Assembly (NCBI RefSeq): GCF_009914755.1
Contig: NC_060943.1
Strand: one strand, 5' to 3'
From: the human T2T-CHM13v2.0 reference genome, Homo sapiens
Length of the DNA: 64,000 nucleotides
Each line of letters opens with the position of its first letter. Position 1 is the stretch's first letter. The translations under genes and the position numbers were made by a program. Positions 34,394 through 50,498 of this stretch are shown here, piece by piece. The notes below the pieces were generated by a model. It was not told the origin of the DNA and ran no database searches. It saw only the letters and a program-made list of their open reading frames with translations.

Positions 34394-34999
34394 TGATCCG
34401 CCCACCTCGGCCTCCCAAAGTGCTGGGATTACAGGGGTGAGCCACCGGGCCCAGCCAATGAGATATTTAACTTACTTTTGCCTCCTGAGGCCTGTGCCTC
34501 GGTCTTCCTGAATCCCGTGTGCAGGTCAGGACACACAACAGGCCCTCAACAATTTGTTGTCTGGCTTCCTGGAGGAAGAAGCAGCGAGGTTGCTATGGGC
34601 TCCCTAGGCCCTAGCTGCAACCGGGACCCAGAGTTGGGCTGCAGGGCGGAAATGGTGCTGCAGGGGACCTGGGAGCAGCTCCAGGGCCTGGTTCCCAGGA
34701 CTCACAGCTGCATCCTCCCCGGGGGACCCCAGCTGGCGCTGCGCAGCCGGGAGGCTCCTGTGTGTCCTGCAGGCTCATTCCTACGGAAATCGAGGCTGGA
34801 CCTGGGGATCCTCTGATGAGGTCTCCAGGAGCCCTCCACCTCACCCCAAAGATTCATCTATAGCCCCACAACCCTGGGTTAGATTCATCCCTTCTTGTGG
34901 CACAGAACTCTGTATTTTTAAAATTTTAACTTATTTTGATCTTCTTCTTTTTCTTTCTTTCTTTTTTTTTTTTTTTTTGTAGAGACAGGGTCTCCCTAG

Positions 35000-35092
<93 letters not shown>

Positions 35093-35129
35093 TAGTTGGA
35101 ATCTGCATTTTAAAATGGACTCTCAGATC

Positions 35130-35900
35130 TTTCTGACGCGAAGGGTTCCCCGAGGCCGTACTTTGAGAAACACGCTTCTGCCGAAATTCCTATTACCCAG
35201 GCGGGTAAACTAGCCCCAGAAGGAGGAAGGGGCCCGTGCAGAACCACGTGGTTGGTCTGTTTTGCCTTTTGGCTCTCTGGTCTCTTCCTGTTGGTGTCTC
35301 TGTGCCTCCCTCCCCAGGTTCTCTGTCTGTCTCGTACTCTTATCTCTTCCCTTTTCTGTGGCCGGCACCCCCACGACGGCCTCGCCCCCGCATCCGGGCC
35401 CCTTCGCGATTCCGGAGGAATCCCCCAGAGCCGCCTGACCCCGCCCCCAGGCTCCGCCCCTTCCCCCCACTTCCCCCCCGTCGCAGTGCCCTGCTCCCAT
35501 TGGCCTTTTCGTACATTGCCCGCCCTGTCATTGGCTAATCCGGAGCGCTCGGCCCGCCCCCCAGGCCTGGCAACTCTCCGGTCCCTTCCGCGCGGGCGGG
35601 GCGAGTGGAGGGCGTGGCCTGCCGAGGGGCGAGGCGAGTGGAGGGCGGGGCCGCGCTGCCCGCCCCGCCCCGGCCCCGGCCCCGGCTCCGGCGCTGCTCC
35701 CACCGCCGCGGCAACGGCCCCGGCCCACGGAGGCGGCTGGACGGACCCCCGACGGTTGGACGTACGGACTCTGCTTCGAGAGTAGGTGAGCGAGCAGTGC
35801 CGGGGCGCCCCCCATTTCAGCGCATCTCGGGGGCCACCTGGCCGCCCTCTGTCTCTCCCGCCCCTTAATGCTTCTGCACCCCACCGCCTGTCCGTCTACA
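35130..35900 (+). promoter_or_regulatory. TNFAIP8L1: CpG-island promoter of TNFAIP8L1
   Basis: Dense CpG with multiple GGGCGG/CCGCCC boxes. Two inverted CCAAT boxes (ATTGG at 35499-35503 and 35530-35534, 31 bp apart). E-box CCACGTGG near 35245. No TATA box. Confidence 0.9.
35670..35785 (+). other. TNFAIP8L1: TNFAIP8L1 non-coding first exon 1a (5' end approximate)
   Basis: Lies in the CpG island just downstream of CCAAT/GC boxes. Ends in a strong donor TAG|GTGAGC at 35785/35786 and contains no ATG. Splicing to 48025 gives TAG GCC ATG, an in-frame stop directly before the start. Confidence 0.85.
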
Positions 35901-36169
35901 TTCCTGCCTCAGTTTCCGTCTGTCTCTCTGTCACTCTCGCTGTATAGGTTAGGGGGAGACAGATTGAGTCTCAATTGCCCCCCTTGGCGTGGGGCTCTGC
36001 TCTGGGACCAGCACCCCCATCCCCCATGTGGACTCTAGTGGACTCTGCCCCCTTTAACTGTAGGGCCGCAGGTGCTCAGGCCAGATTCCAGAACCCTGAG
36101 GGCATTCCAGGCGGTGGGCAGCTGGGCCAGCCGTGCGGAGGTGGGCATGACTGTAGCTTCTAGCTAAAC

Positions 36170-36315
36170 CAGGCATCGGTCCAGGCATCGGTGGCGGGGA
36201 GCCAGGCCTAGGCCAGCCCGGGCCCACCCAGACTGGCCCCTAATGAGCTCCCAAGTGGCCTGTGGGGACTTGGCCTCAGTTTTGCCAGCTGTGAACTGGG
36301 ACCGTCGCTGCTAAG
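36170..36315 (+). other. TNFAIP8L1: Probable alternative non-coding first exon 1b of TNFAIP8L1 (5' end approximate)
   Basis: Donor AAG|GTAATT at 36315/36316 on the 3' shore of the CpG island. I recall that TNFAIP8L1 has two 5'UTR variants; the exact start cannot be determined from sequence. Confidence 0.6.
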
Positions 36316-38530
36316 GTAATTGGCAGGTGATCTGAAGGACACCTGCCGCCTCCTGGCCTTTTCTGTGAAGTCGAACTAGGCCCATTTCCTGGGATGGGAA
36401 ACTAAGGCCTAGAAAGAGGCCAATGCTTCCAATGTTTGTCCAGGGAAGTGGGGACAGAGGCAGGACAGAATCTGTTTTCTCTGCATCCTCACATTTCCCA
36501 GCACCTTCTCTATGGAGGGGGGAAGGGCTGGTGGAGGAGCAGCCCCAGGTGTAAACAGGCCGCCAGAGTTTATTTCCTGAGCCAGTCCCAGCTCAGCTGG
36601 AGGCGATGAACGCCTTGGGAGGCCCCAGGGGGGCCAGCCCAGTGGTGGCGGAGCTTGGACCAATCTAGGTTTGAGCTCTGCCACCCGCATGATATCTTGA
36701 ACCAGTTTTTCAATTCTGCGGAGCCTCAGTTTCCTCATCTGTAAAACAGGAGTGGGTCGTAACTCCCCAAGTTGAGGGCTGCTGGGGGATCAGATGCAGG
36801 AATACAGGCCCCGCTCATAACCTGCCTGACTCTCGCTGTGGCTCTGCCCCAGTCACACTGGCCTCCTCCTGTTTCTCCAACACCCCAGGCGAGGTCCTCT
36901 CTCAGGGCCTTTGCATGGGCTGTGCCCTCTGCCACTACGGCAGGTCCGAGGGCGCCAACTTTGAAACATAACAAGCTCCCTGGATGGGCCGGACCCAGGA
37001 CCTGCACAGGCAAGGGCTGGGAGGGGCAGAGGAGGGGCCGCTCAGGGACGCTGTACCTATGGAAACCGTGAACAAAGGGCTGTCTCCAGCCACACAAACA
37101 CCTGGGTGAATCGGGCACTGGCCAGAAGCTGGAGCAGCCTGGGATACAGGTGGTGGGTGAGTGCCTGGACCCCTGCAGGGAATATGGGGCCGGGGGGGGG
37201 GACTTGAACCCTGCTCCAATGGTGGGGTGGCTCTGCAGACGGGTGCAGGTCTGAGGCCCCGCGGTACGGCCCCTCCCACTGTGTGGCCTTGGACCGACGG
37301 TCAGGTGCCCCCAGAGCCTCAGTTTCCTCATCCCCGTTCCCCCAGGGGTCAGCCCAGGTGGGTGAGGGGTCTTTTGATTGCTTGACAATTCAGTATGGTG
37401 GGTTCCGGAGGCCTCAGTGTCCCTGTCTGTCCAATGGGGCCACGAAAGGGTGCCTTGAGGACAAAACTCCAGCCGTTGACAGGGGAACACTCCTCCCAGA
37501 GAGACGTCAACGCTAAAAAATGACTCACACTTGCCCAGGTACAGCTCAGGTGTTACAGACGGGGAGCAGGGCAAGGAGGCAGAGCGAGAGGCAGGAACGG
37601 CCCAGTTCCACAGCATGCCTGCCCCTTCCCAGCATCTCCCGACACCCCTCAGCAGATGACCTCCCTGGAATCACACCCGCTCGAGCTTTGACGCAGGGAC
37701 CTCTGGCAGAGTTCTTGGGATCTTGTAAATCCCCAGCTTCTAGGCCTCAGTTTCCCCATCTGTCCAATGGGGCTGGTCATCTCCTTTTTCTTGTGGGGCT
37801 GAGATAACTGTGGGGAGGGAGGGTGCTTTGAGGGGTGGGGGAGATTCAACAAGATATTGTTAAAAGCCCGAGGAGGGGATTACAGGACACAGTACTTCTA
37901 GAAGCTTCCTAAGGCTTCGATCCTTCCCCTCTGGGGTGGGCTCTGGGAGAGACGAGACTTGAACCCCAAATGTGCCATTGACTAGGATGAGGAAAGGATT
38001 GCACTAGGTTAAAGGCTGGGTTCAAATTCTGATTCTGCCACATCACTGCTTTATAAACAGGCAAGCTCCTGACCCTCTGTGACTCAGTTTCCTTATAACC
38101 AAAAACTTGCAGGTCCATCTAGAGAATTTCCCAGCCTGGGCAACATGGTGAAACCCTGTCTCTACTTAAAACAAAGAAAAAAAAATTAGCCAGGTGTGGT
38201 GTCGCAGGCCTGTAGTCCCAGCCACTCTGGAGGCTGAGGTGGGAGGATCACCTGAGCCCAGGGAGGTTGAGGCTGCAGTGAGCCGAGCTCATGCCACTGC
38301 ACTTCAGCCTGGGCGACAGGAGTGAAACCCTGTCTCAAAGAAAAAGAAGAGAATTGGCTGGGCGCCGTGGCTCACGCCTGTAATCCCAGCACTTTGGGAG
38401 GCTGAGGTGGCCGGATCACCTGAGGTCAGGAATTCGAGACCAGCCTGGCCAAGAGGGCAAAACCCTGTCTCTACTAAAAATACAAAAATGAGGCGGGCGT
38501 GGTGGTGGGTGCCTGTAATCCAGCTACTCA

Positions 38531-38656
<126 letters not shown>

Positions 38657-38699
38657 TTAAAAATATACACATAAAATAAATAAAATAGATGGGGGATCT

Positions 38700-39150
38700 G
38701 GGAGGGCTTCCTGAGGAGGGGCCACGTAAACCCAGACCTGGATGACAAGAAGGAAACAGCCATGTGGAGACCTGGGAGAAGAGCAGCTCAGGCAGAGGGC
38801 ACAGGTTGTGTAAAGGCCCTGGGGCAAGATGGCGCCTGGCATGGTAGAGGAGCAGCAAGGAGGCCCGTGGGGCTGGAGCAGTGAGGAGGAGGAGAGAGGG
38901 AGGAGGGGAGGGCAGGGAGGGGACAGGGCAGGGTGCGCAGGATCTTATGGGCTGCCAGGAATACTTGGCTTTGACCCCAAGGGAGGTGGGAGCCATGGAG
39001 GGTGGTGGGCAGGGGAAGGATGGAACCTGACTCAGGTACTCACAGGCACCCATTGGCTGCTACAGGGAGGACAGACGGGGGGCATGGGGATAGATGGTGC
39101 TGAGGGACGAGGGGACCAGGATGGAGGCTGTGGGGGAGATAAGAAGTGGG
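38700..39150 (-). mobile_element. GC-rich L2-derived segment, copy B
   Basis: gggagggcttcctgaggagg...aaaggccctggggcaag...gcagcaaggaggcccgtggggctggagca. Confidence 0.7.
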
Positions 39151-39330
39151 TTGCGTTAGGCCAGGCAGGGTGGCTCATGTAATCCCAGCACTTTGGGAGG
39201 CTGAGGCAAGTGGATCACCTGAGGTCAGGAGTTGGAGACCAGCCTGACCAACATGGTGAAACCCCATCTCTACTAAAAATACAAAAATTACCCAGGCATG
39301 GTGGCACGTGTCTGTAATACCAGCTACTCA

Positions 39331-39522
<192 letters not shown>

Positions 39523-40218
39523 CTAATAATTTATTGCTTGGGCTGAGGCAAGCCTGTCCCCTCCTCTGCAGAGTCATGGGCTGTGGGTAGCTGATAATTC
39601 ATGTTTGGCCCTCGAACCCTTTCTCCAGTGGAAATCTGGCCACAGTGGAAAGTGTCCAGGCTCCCCGCCACAACCCAGCAGGCAGCTGGCCCCTGCCCAT
39701 CCATGGGGTGGTCCTGAGGGTGCTGGGGAACCCAGTTTGAGAACAACTGATGTCACCCCCAACTTGGGCCAACAGATTCCCCTCTCTCTTTTGCCATAAC
39801 TAAAATGGACACTGGCGAAGTATGGCGGCTCATGCCTGTAATCCTAGCATTCTGGGAGGCCGAAGCAGGAGGATCGCTTGAGCCCAGGAGGAGACCAGCC
39901 TGGCCAACATGGCAAAACCCCATCTCTACTAAAAATACAAAACTTAGCCAGGCATGGTGGCAGGTGCCTGTAATCCCAGCTATTTGGGAGGCTGAGGCAG
40001 GAGAATTGCTTGAACTGGAGAGGTGGAGGTTGCAGTGGGCTGAGATCGCGCAACAGAGCGAGACTCCATCTCAAAAAATAAATAAATAATAAAATTGGCC
40101 GTTCACGGTGGCTTATGCCTGTAATCCCAGCACTTTGGGTGGCCGAGGCGGGTGGATCACCTGAGGTCAGGAATTCGAGACCAGCCTGACCAACATGGAG
40201 AAAACCCCGTCTCTACTA

Positions 40219-40377
<159 letters not shown>

Positions 40378-41319
40378 TCAAAAAAATAAAATAAAAATAA
40401 AATAAAATGGACACTGGCCAAGTGTGGCAGCTCACGCCTGCAATCCCAGCACTTTGGGAGGTCAAGGCGGGAGGATCACTTGAGCCCAGGAGTTCGAGAC
40501 TAGCCTGGGCAACATAGCAAGACGCCATGTCTACCAAAAAAAAAAAAAAAAAATTAACCAGGCATGGTGGCACATACCTGTAGTCCCAGCTACTCAGGAG
40601 GCTGAGGTGGGAGGATCACTTGAGCCCAGGAGGTCGAGGCTATAGTGAGCTATAATGGTACCACTGCACTCCAGCCTGGGCAACAGAGTAAGACCTTGTC
40701 TTAAAAAAAAAATGAATAAATAAAAATAAAATGGACACCGGCTTGCAAGTCCTGAGTCATGGATTTTTTTTTTTTTTTTTTTTTTTTTGAGATAGAGTCT
40801 CACTCTGTTTCTCAGGCTGGAATGAAGTGGAGCTCACTGCAACCTCTGCCCCCCAGGTTCATGCGAGTCTCGTGACGCAGCCTCCCGAGTAGCTGGGATT
40901 ACAGGCGTGTGCCACACACGGCTAATTTTTGTATTTTTAGTAGAGATGGGGTTTCACCATGTTGGCCAGGCTGGTCTTGGACTCCCGACCTAAGGTGATC
41001 TGCCCGCCTCGACCTCCCAAAGTGCTGGGATTACAGGCATGAGCCACCACGCCCAGCCTGTGAGTCATGGGTCTTAAAGGGCTTGGTGCAGTGGGACCCT
41101 GGGAGTCGGTGGGATGAGGCCTGGGATCACTGGCCTCGGCGGGAAGAGGCCTGAGGCCCCCCCTGGGCCCCCGGACTGAGTGCAGCCGGGGCTGAGACAA
41201 GACAGATGGAGCGGCTGGCGTGCACCTGCAGAGCAGATCCATCAATTATTGACACTCTGTGAGGTGCATGAAGAATTCATGGGACAGGGGTGGGGACGGC
41301 AGGGACTTGTGACATAATT

Positions 41320-41933
<614 letters not shown>

Positions 41934-42209
41934 TCACCCATTTTGCAGATGGGAAAGCTGCCCCCATGCATGGGGCCTGCCAAGGGTCACAGCAGGGAGA
42001 CCTCAGAGCTGTGGACGGACCTGGACAGAGGCTGTGGACAGGGCTGAGGCCTCCTGGCTGTTCCTGTAACAAGCGTGACACAGCCCTGCCCCAGGGCCTT
42101 TGCACAGGCTGTGCCCTTTGCCTGGAGCATCTTCCCGCAGACCCTGTCATTGCAGGCCCAGTTCAACTGGCCCAGCCTCTCCCTAGAGAGGCCCTCCTGG
42201 TTACCCTGA

Positions 42210-42467
<258 letters not shown>

Positions 42468-42589
42468 TGAGTCCGGGTCTCACTATGTTGGCCAGGCTAG
42501 TCTTGAACTCCTGGCCTCAATTGATCCTCCTCCCTCTGCCTCCCAAACTGCTGGGATTACAGTTATGAGCCACCGCACCTGGCCAATCA

Positions 42590-43460
<871 letters not shown>

Positions 43461-45112
43461 TGGGTTTTTTTGTTTTGTTTTTTGTTTTTTGTGACGGAGT
43501 CTCGCTCTATCACCCAGGCTGGAGACCTCGGCTCACTGTCACTGCAACCTCCACCTCCCGGGTTCAAATGATCCTCCTGCCTCAGCCTCCAGAGTAGCTG
43601 GGATTACAGGTGCCTGCCACCATGCCCAGCTAATTTTTTTTGTATTTTTAGTAGAGATAAGGTTTCACCATGTTGGCCAGGCTGATCTCAACTCTTCACC
43701 TCAGGTGATCTGCCCACCTCAGCTTCCCAAAGTGCTGGGATTACAGGTGTGAGTCAGTGCACCTGGCTTTTTTTTTTTTTTTTTTTTTTTTCCTTTTGAG
43801 ACAGGGTTTTGCTCTGTTGCTCAGGCTGGAGTGCAGTGGTGTGATCATAGCTCACTGCAGCCTTGACCTCCTGGGCTCAAGCGATTCTCCCCCTCTCAGC
43901 CTCCCGAGTACCTGGGACCACAGACCCGTGCCACCATGCCTGGCTAATTAAAAAAAATTTTTTTTTGTAGAGATGGGATCTCGCTATGTTGCCCAGGCTG
44001 GTCTTGAACTTCCCAGTTCAAGCAATCCTCCTGCCTTGGCCTCTTAAAGTGTTGGGATTACAGGTGTGAGCCACCTTGCCTGGCCCAGATGATTTTGTAA
44101 TGAGGAGGCAGCTTGGGGTCTAGAAAGCCAGGGCCTTAGCAAGGCAGGGATGGGATCTGTTTTGATGCCTGCTGTATCCCCAGTGCCTCTGTGGTCTCTT
44201 CTGCAAAGCAGGCAACCTGGCCAGTACCAGGTGGGAATGACGAATAGGCACAGGTCGCTGGCTCAGGACACTGGGGTTTGGTTACAAGCTTCTGCCCCAG
44301 GACAGCTGGTGCTCCATAAATGCTCGTTGAGCCACTGAATGGGTGTTAACACCTGAATCCCAGAAGCTGTAGCAGGCTGTGTGTGTTTGTGACGATGGCA
44401 GGGTGCCCTGGCATTTGGAGGGCGATGCCCCTAGGCCCCAGGCAGTCCCTAGGAAGGCCCCTGCCCTGTAAGGGCTGATGCGGCCGCTACACCGCCTCCT
44501 GCAGGAAGGAAGACCCAGGTTTATTTTGGTCCTCGGCCTGTTCCCCTGGGAGAGCAGTCATCCTCCTGTCTGGCTGCCTGGATGGGAGCGTTTCTGGCAG
44601 AACAATGGGTCAGGGAGGAGGAAGGGGAAGGCCAGGCAGCTGGGCCGCCCCAGGTGTCAGCAGGTCCCGGGGCTGCCCCGGCCGTCTTAGGAGTGTGGGG
44701 GCCAGGAAGGGAGGCCACAGCTGCTTGCCCCCCATCCCTCTTCCTGTTGGCCTTGCAGGGGGCGGGGGTTGCTCTTGGGAGCCCAGGCCCTTCCTGAATC
44801 TGTAAACAGGCCTGACTCCCGTCCGGAATCAACTTCTTCAGCCTCAGGACTCACAGATGGGAAAGTCAAGGCCCAGCGAGGGGCACAGCCCTGCCTGGGG
44901 TCACGGAGCTCCCGAGATGGGCAGAAAGATGTGGGCTCCAGGGCCGATGGGGTCCAGGGGCCTCATCCCCAGATGCAGAGAAAGGCCTTTTCCTCTTCGA
45001 GTCCCCTCGGTTTATTCATCTATGAACTGGGGAGGCTGGACCCAGGGGTTCGGGAGTTTCCTCTTAGAATCTGCAAACATCCTTTTTTTTTTTTTTTTTT
45101 TTTTGAGATTGA

Positions 45113-45418
<306 letters not shown>

Positions 45419-46883
45419 TGAGATAGAACTAGGTCTGCAAGTTCACAGAGCTGAGGTGGGCACGGAAGGGCGGAATTCCAGGCAGTGGTTGCAGCCTCTC
45501 GTCCAGAGGAAGCTCACAGCTTAGGGGGCATTGCGGTTTGGTCACAAGCTTCTGCCCCAGGACAAAGTTCGTTCCGATCTTCCCCATATTTCAGATGGGG
45601 AAACTGAGGCACATTGTTAAGTTGCTTGCTGCAGAGGCCAGAGCTGGGAGCAGGCCCTAAATATCAGGGTTGCCCTCTAAGACTCACGGCCAGTTGAGGG
45701 CGTTAGGTGGGGAAGGCACAGGGAGTTGGGGTTCAAGGGCGTTGAGAGCCAGTGGTTACTGTATTGCTGTGTGGTCTTGGGGAAGTGGCTCAGCCTCTCT
45801 GAGCCTTTGTGGTCTCTTCTGCAAAACAGGCAACCTGCCTAGTACATGGTGGCGATGACAAAGTGGGCACACATCGCTGACTCAGGGTCTGCCACGTGGC
45901 ACTGAGTCAACAGCACCCCTCTTCTGGCCTAGGCCTGTGCAGAGCCAGGGTCTGGTGACCGAGGTCGGAGGGCAGGGGCGGCCCATCCAGCAATTCCCGT
46001 GCCTGCCCTGACCTCAGAGGGCGGCCGAGGGTTTGGAACTTCTCCCGGAGTCTGAACTCACACAAAGACCGGCTTTGTGGGGGCTCCTGGGGTAGGTGGG
46101 TGCCCACATGGCATTCCAAGGCTGGCAGCCTGGCGCTGGGGTGGGAGTGGAGGCTGAGCAGGGTCTGGGGCAGTGAGAGAGACCGGGGGCGGGTCTCAGG
46201 CCCTCCCTCCTCCGCCAGTTCTTCCACACTCCCCTCTTCATTCAGCAGATGTTTCTGGAGTCTGCAGGGACACCGTGGATAAGGAATTGGGCCCATGACC
46301 TCCCCTGTGGCCTGGGGTGAGGCAGACCAGTTGGGGTGCAGAGCTGGGGAGCAGAGGAGCAATGGGGATGCCTGGGGAACCTGCGGCTCAGAGGAGGCAG
46401 AGACTTGGGGGCCAAAGTGATGGGGATGTATAGTTTACCAGGGAAGAGGCAGGGGCTTGGGGGCCAGGCTTTGGGGGGTGTATAGGAGTTCACCAGGGAG
46501 GAGATGGGGCCTTAGGGTATTGAGGTCCACAGGGAAGAGTCAGGGCTCCAAGTGAGGTGTGGAGCTTGGTCCTGGGAGCTTTGAGGAGCTGTCAGCTTGT
46601 TCTCAGCAGGTAAGGGCTATGCCCTACTCTGAGATTTAGGAAGAATTCCGGAGCTGCAGGAAGGAGGTGGGTGGAGGGGGAAGCTCCAGGGCTGGGGAAA
46701 CTGGGCAGGCTACAGGGCAGGGTGGACAGAGAAAAGGAGCAGACAGGGACAGGGGGATGGTTCTGCAGTGAGAGGCCTGGCCCTTATGCCTCGAGAGCTG
46801 GCCAGGCTCTCACCTTGGCCACCTCCCCAGTCCCAGCCTGGACGGGGGCTGTCCAAGTCAATGTTTCCCTGTTGGAGGAATCA

Positions 46884-47383
<500 letters not shown>

Positions 47384-47619
47384 TCATAGCAAGGATATGA
47401 TGGGTTTGAGGGCTGGCATCAGACCCTACAGATAGTGGGGTTCAGAAGGGCCTTCTCTGTTTGTTTATAATAATAATCATAATAATAAATACAAAATAAA
47501 ATTTTTGATTTTTTTTTTTTAGAGATAGGGTCTTGTTATGTTGCCCAGGCTGGTCTCAAACTCCTGGCCTCGCAATTCTCCTGCCTCAGCCTCCCAGAGC
47601 ACTGGGACCACAGGCATGA

Positions 47620-47826
<207 letters not shown>

Positions 47827-48027
47827 TAACCTCGATCTCAGGCGATCCGCCTGCCTAGGCATCCCAAATTGCTGGGATTACAGGCGTGAGCCACTGCGTC
47901 CGGCATGACACTTTTTAAAGAAACAAATTCCGTTAGGCCCTCTGGGGTCTGTGGTGTTGTCACCTCTTCTGTGTGAGGAGTGCCCCAACGTGCAAAACTG
48001 AGGGCTGGTCTGTGTCCCCCGCAGGCC

Positions 48028-48588
48028 ATGGACACCTTCAGCACCAAGAGCCTGGCTCTGCAGGCGCAGAAGAAGCTCCTGAGTAAGATGGCGTCCAAGG
48101 CAGTGGTGGCCGTGCTGGTGGATGACACCAGCAGTGAGGTGCTGGATGAGCTGTACCGCGCCACCAGGGAGTTCACGCGCAGCCGCAAGGAGGCCCAGAA
48201 GATGCTCAAGAACCTGGTCAAGGTGGCCCTGAAGCTGGGACTGCTGCTGCGTGGGGACCAGCTGGGCGGTGAGGAGCTGGCGCTGCTGCGGCGCTTCCGC
48301 CACCGGGCGCGCTGCCTGGCCATGACGGCCGTCAGCTTCCACCAGGTGGACTTCACCTTCGACCGGCGCGTGCTGGCCGCCGGGCTGCTCGAGTGCCGCG
48401 ACCTGCTGCACCAGGCCGTGGGTCCCCACCTGACCGCCAAGTCCCACGGCCGCATCAACCACGTGTTCGGCCACCTAGCCGACTGCGACTTCCTGGCTGC
48501 GCTCTACGGCCCCGCCGAGCCCTACCGCTCCCACCTGCGCAGGATCTGCGAGGGCCTGGGCCGGATGCTGGACGAGGGCAGCCTCTGA
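48028..48588 (+). CDS. TNFAIP8L1: TNF alpha-induced protein 8-like 1 (TIPE1), 186 aa, entire CDS in one exon
   Basis: Translation [24 protein letters not shown]...[14 protein letters not shown] is a recognisable TIPE/TNFAIP8-family protein. Strong Kozak GCCATGG. Splice acceptor ccccgcag ends at 48024, so the exon starts at 48025. TGA at 48586-48588. Confidence 0.98.
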   Translation: MDTFSTKSLALQAQKKLLSKMASKAVVAVLVDDTSSEVLDELYRATREFTRSRKEAQKMLKNLVKVALKLGLLLRGDQLGGEELALLRRFRHRARCLAMTAVSFHQVDFTFDRRVLAAGLLECRDLLHQAVGPHLTAKSHGRINHVFGHLADCDFLAALYGPAEPYRSHLRRICEGLGRMLDEGSL

Positions 48589-49029
48589 ACCCCGGCGCCG
48601 CCCAACCGCGCCCCTCGCGCCTTTTGGGGCTCTCCTGCTGGGCGCGGGTGGGGTTTGTGGGTTTTTTTCCACCTCTTTTCTCCCAATCGGACTCCGGCCA
48701 AACTCCCCTAGACAGATGGGTGACCTGTCTCCTTTGAGAGGATGCTGAGGCATCTGTAGCAGCTGTTTCAAACACCAATGTCACCTCTCCTCCTGGCCCC
48801 CGCCCAATGGGGAGAGGAATTTGGGGCCCTACTCTGGGGACCACCTTTCACCCGTTTGTACTTTCTGGGCCACGCCGACCCCTGGGTCGCTTGATGTAAA
48901 AGCCAAAAGCTGCTGCCTCCCACTTGGATCATGTCGCCTGGGATTTTCATCCCTCGCACAAGGACTACGGGTTCACACGGTGAACTGGGGGAAGGGAAGT
49001 GTTAGGGGGCAAGTCGCGGCACCCCCCCT

Positions 49030-50320
49030 TCCATAAACTCACGTCCTAACCCCCAGGACCTCAGAAGATGATCTGATTTGGAAATAGGATCATTACAGAT
49101 GGAATTAGTTCAGATGATCTCATCTTGGAGTAGGGTGGGCCCCAATTCAAGGACTGGGGTCCTTAAAAAAAGGGGGCCTGGGGCAGGGCGCGGTGGCTCA
49201 CGCCTGTAATCCCAGCACTTTGAGAGGCTGAGGCGGGCGGATCACGAGGTCAGGAGATCGAGACCATCCTGGCTAACACGGTGAAACCCCATCTCTACTG
49301 AAAATACAAAAAATTAGCTGGGCATGGTGGCACATGCCTGTAGTCCCAGCTACTCGGGAGGCTGAGGCAGGATAATCACTTGAACCAGGAGGAGGAGGTT
49401 GCAGTGAGCCGAGATTGTGCCACTGCACTCCAGCCTGGGTGACAGAGCAAGACTCTGTCTCAAAAAAAGAAGCGGGGGAGTGGGGGATTGAGGCCACGTG
49501 CAGTGGCTCACTACTGTAATTCCAGCACTTTGGGAGGCCGAGGCAGGAAGATTGCTTGAACTCAGAAGTTCAAGACCAGTCTGGGCAACATGGTGAGACC
49601 CTCGTCTCTACAAAAAAAAAATTATCGTGGTGGGCCGGGCGTGGTGGCTCACACCTGTAATCCCAGCACTTTGGGAGGCTGAGGCGGGCAGATCACAAGG
49701 TCAAGAGATCGAGACCATCCTGGCCAACATGGTGAAACCCCGTCTCTACTAAAAATACAAAAATTAGCCGGGCATGGTGTTGCGTGCCTGTAGTCCCAGC
49801 TACTTGGGAGGCTGAGGCAGGAGAATCGCTTGAACCTGGGAGGCGCAGGTTGCAGGGAGGCGGAGGTTGCAGTGAGCCGAGATTGCACCACTGCACTTCA
49901 GCCTGGTGACAGAGCGAGACTCGTCTCAAAAAAAAAAAAAAAAAAAAAAAAAAAGTGACTGTGGTGGTGCACACGTATAATCCCAGCTACTTGAGAGATG
50001 ACGAGGGAAGATCACTTGAGCCCAGGAGTTAAGAGGCTGCAGTGACCGATGATCATGCCACTGCACTCCAGCTTGGGTGAGAGTGGGACTCTGTCTTAGA
50101 AAGAAAAAAAAAAGTATTTGGACACAGACATGCATGCAAGGAAGGCCAATGATGCCGGCCACCACCAGGAGCTGGGAGAGGCCCAGGGCAGATCCCCTTC
50201 AGCCTTGGAGGGACCTAGCCCTGGCCACACCTTCATCTCAGACTTGCGGCCCAGAGAACTGAATGAGAATAAATGTGCGTGAAGCCCCTCAGTCCACAGG
50301 ATGTGGTACTGGAAGCCCCC
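49030..50320 (+). mobile_element. MLT1 (MaLR) LTR in the TNFAIP8L1 3'UTR, split by sense Alus at about 49182-50113
   Basis: 5' part gtcctaacccccaggacctcagaa...tttggaaatagg...tagggtgggccc...gtccttaaaaaa. 3' part tttggacacagac...cacaccttcatctcagactt...gagaataaatgt. Confidence 0.75.
49182..50113 (+). mobile_element. Sense Alu cluster in the TNFAIP8L1 3'UTR (full Alu 49182-49470; older Alu 49492-50113 with nested Alu 49633-49953)
   Basis: Alu consensus heads, A-rich linkers and tails. Confidence 0.92.
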
Positions 50321-50498
50321 ACTCAAGAAGGCTCCAGTGAATGCTGGCACGTTCAGCCAGGATGCCTCCGTGAAGCTGGAGACCTCTGCCCTGGGTCGGG
50401 AGGGGAAACTGCTCCAATCCAGGGACTGCCACATGGGAGGGGACGGAGCGTGCCCACCTCCCAGGGGTGAGGGGGGACCCACCTGAGATGTGTGCACA

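Noticed and set aside
47980-48027. 16-aa N-terminal extension of TIPE1 in the ORF track (202 aa)
   Set aside because: It starts at a GTG inside the intron, upstream of the acceptor at 48024. Spliced exon 1a places an in-frame TAG before the ATG.
47838-48474. Two ~200-aa antisense ORFs overlapping the TNFAIP8L1 CDS
   Set aside because: Expected shadow of a GC3-rich coding exon; both run into an Alu.
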